Positions 63,961 to 64,000 of a stretch of DNA of 64,000 nucleotides are shown here, in pieces (position 1 is the stretch's first letter; the number at the start of each line of letters is the position of its first letter). The DNA is taken from contig OX597823.1 of assembly GCA_951406725.2 (NCBI GenBank), positions 68,262,001-68,326,000 of the forward strand, written 5' to 3'. Origin of the DNA: Octopus vulgaris (Eukaryota). The notes beneath the pieces are model-generated. The model searched no databases, had not been told where the DNA came from, and was given only the letters and a program-made list of their open reading frames with translations. The translations under genes were made by a program, and so were the position numbers.

Positions 63961-64000
63961 AAGAATAAAAAAAAAGAACTGATATCACTTCTTCAGTAAT

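Overview
AT-rich eukaryotic (animal) DNA full of (TA)n, (CA)n, (GA)n and (TAA)n microsatellites. The SINE and LINE repertoire resembles an octopus (coleoid cephalopod) genome; this is inferred from remembered repeat families, not from a search. Nearly all ORFs in the supplied track are microsatellite translations or decayed transposon fragments. The window is mostly intron or intergenic sequence containing three recurring SINE families, RTE and RTE-BovB LINEs, R4/Dong LINEs in TAA repeats, a Penelope-like element, mariner, DD37D/maT, a hAT-like (probably hATm) relic and a hAT MITE with a perfect 8-bp TSD. The only host-gene signal is on the minus strand: one convincing 93-nt exon (10459-10551) and a possible ATG-bearing exon about 10.5 kb upstream (21023-21109). 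The most interesting non-coding items are hammerhead-ribozyme cores in Penelope-type repeats, a pre-miRNA-sized hairpin resembling miR-9, and several long fold-backs. I saw no CRISPR array, rRNA, intact tRNA or prokaryotic-type system, and nothing I can claim as a proven new system. Coordinates of decayed repeats are approximate and all alignments were done by eye.
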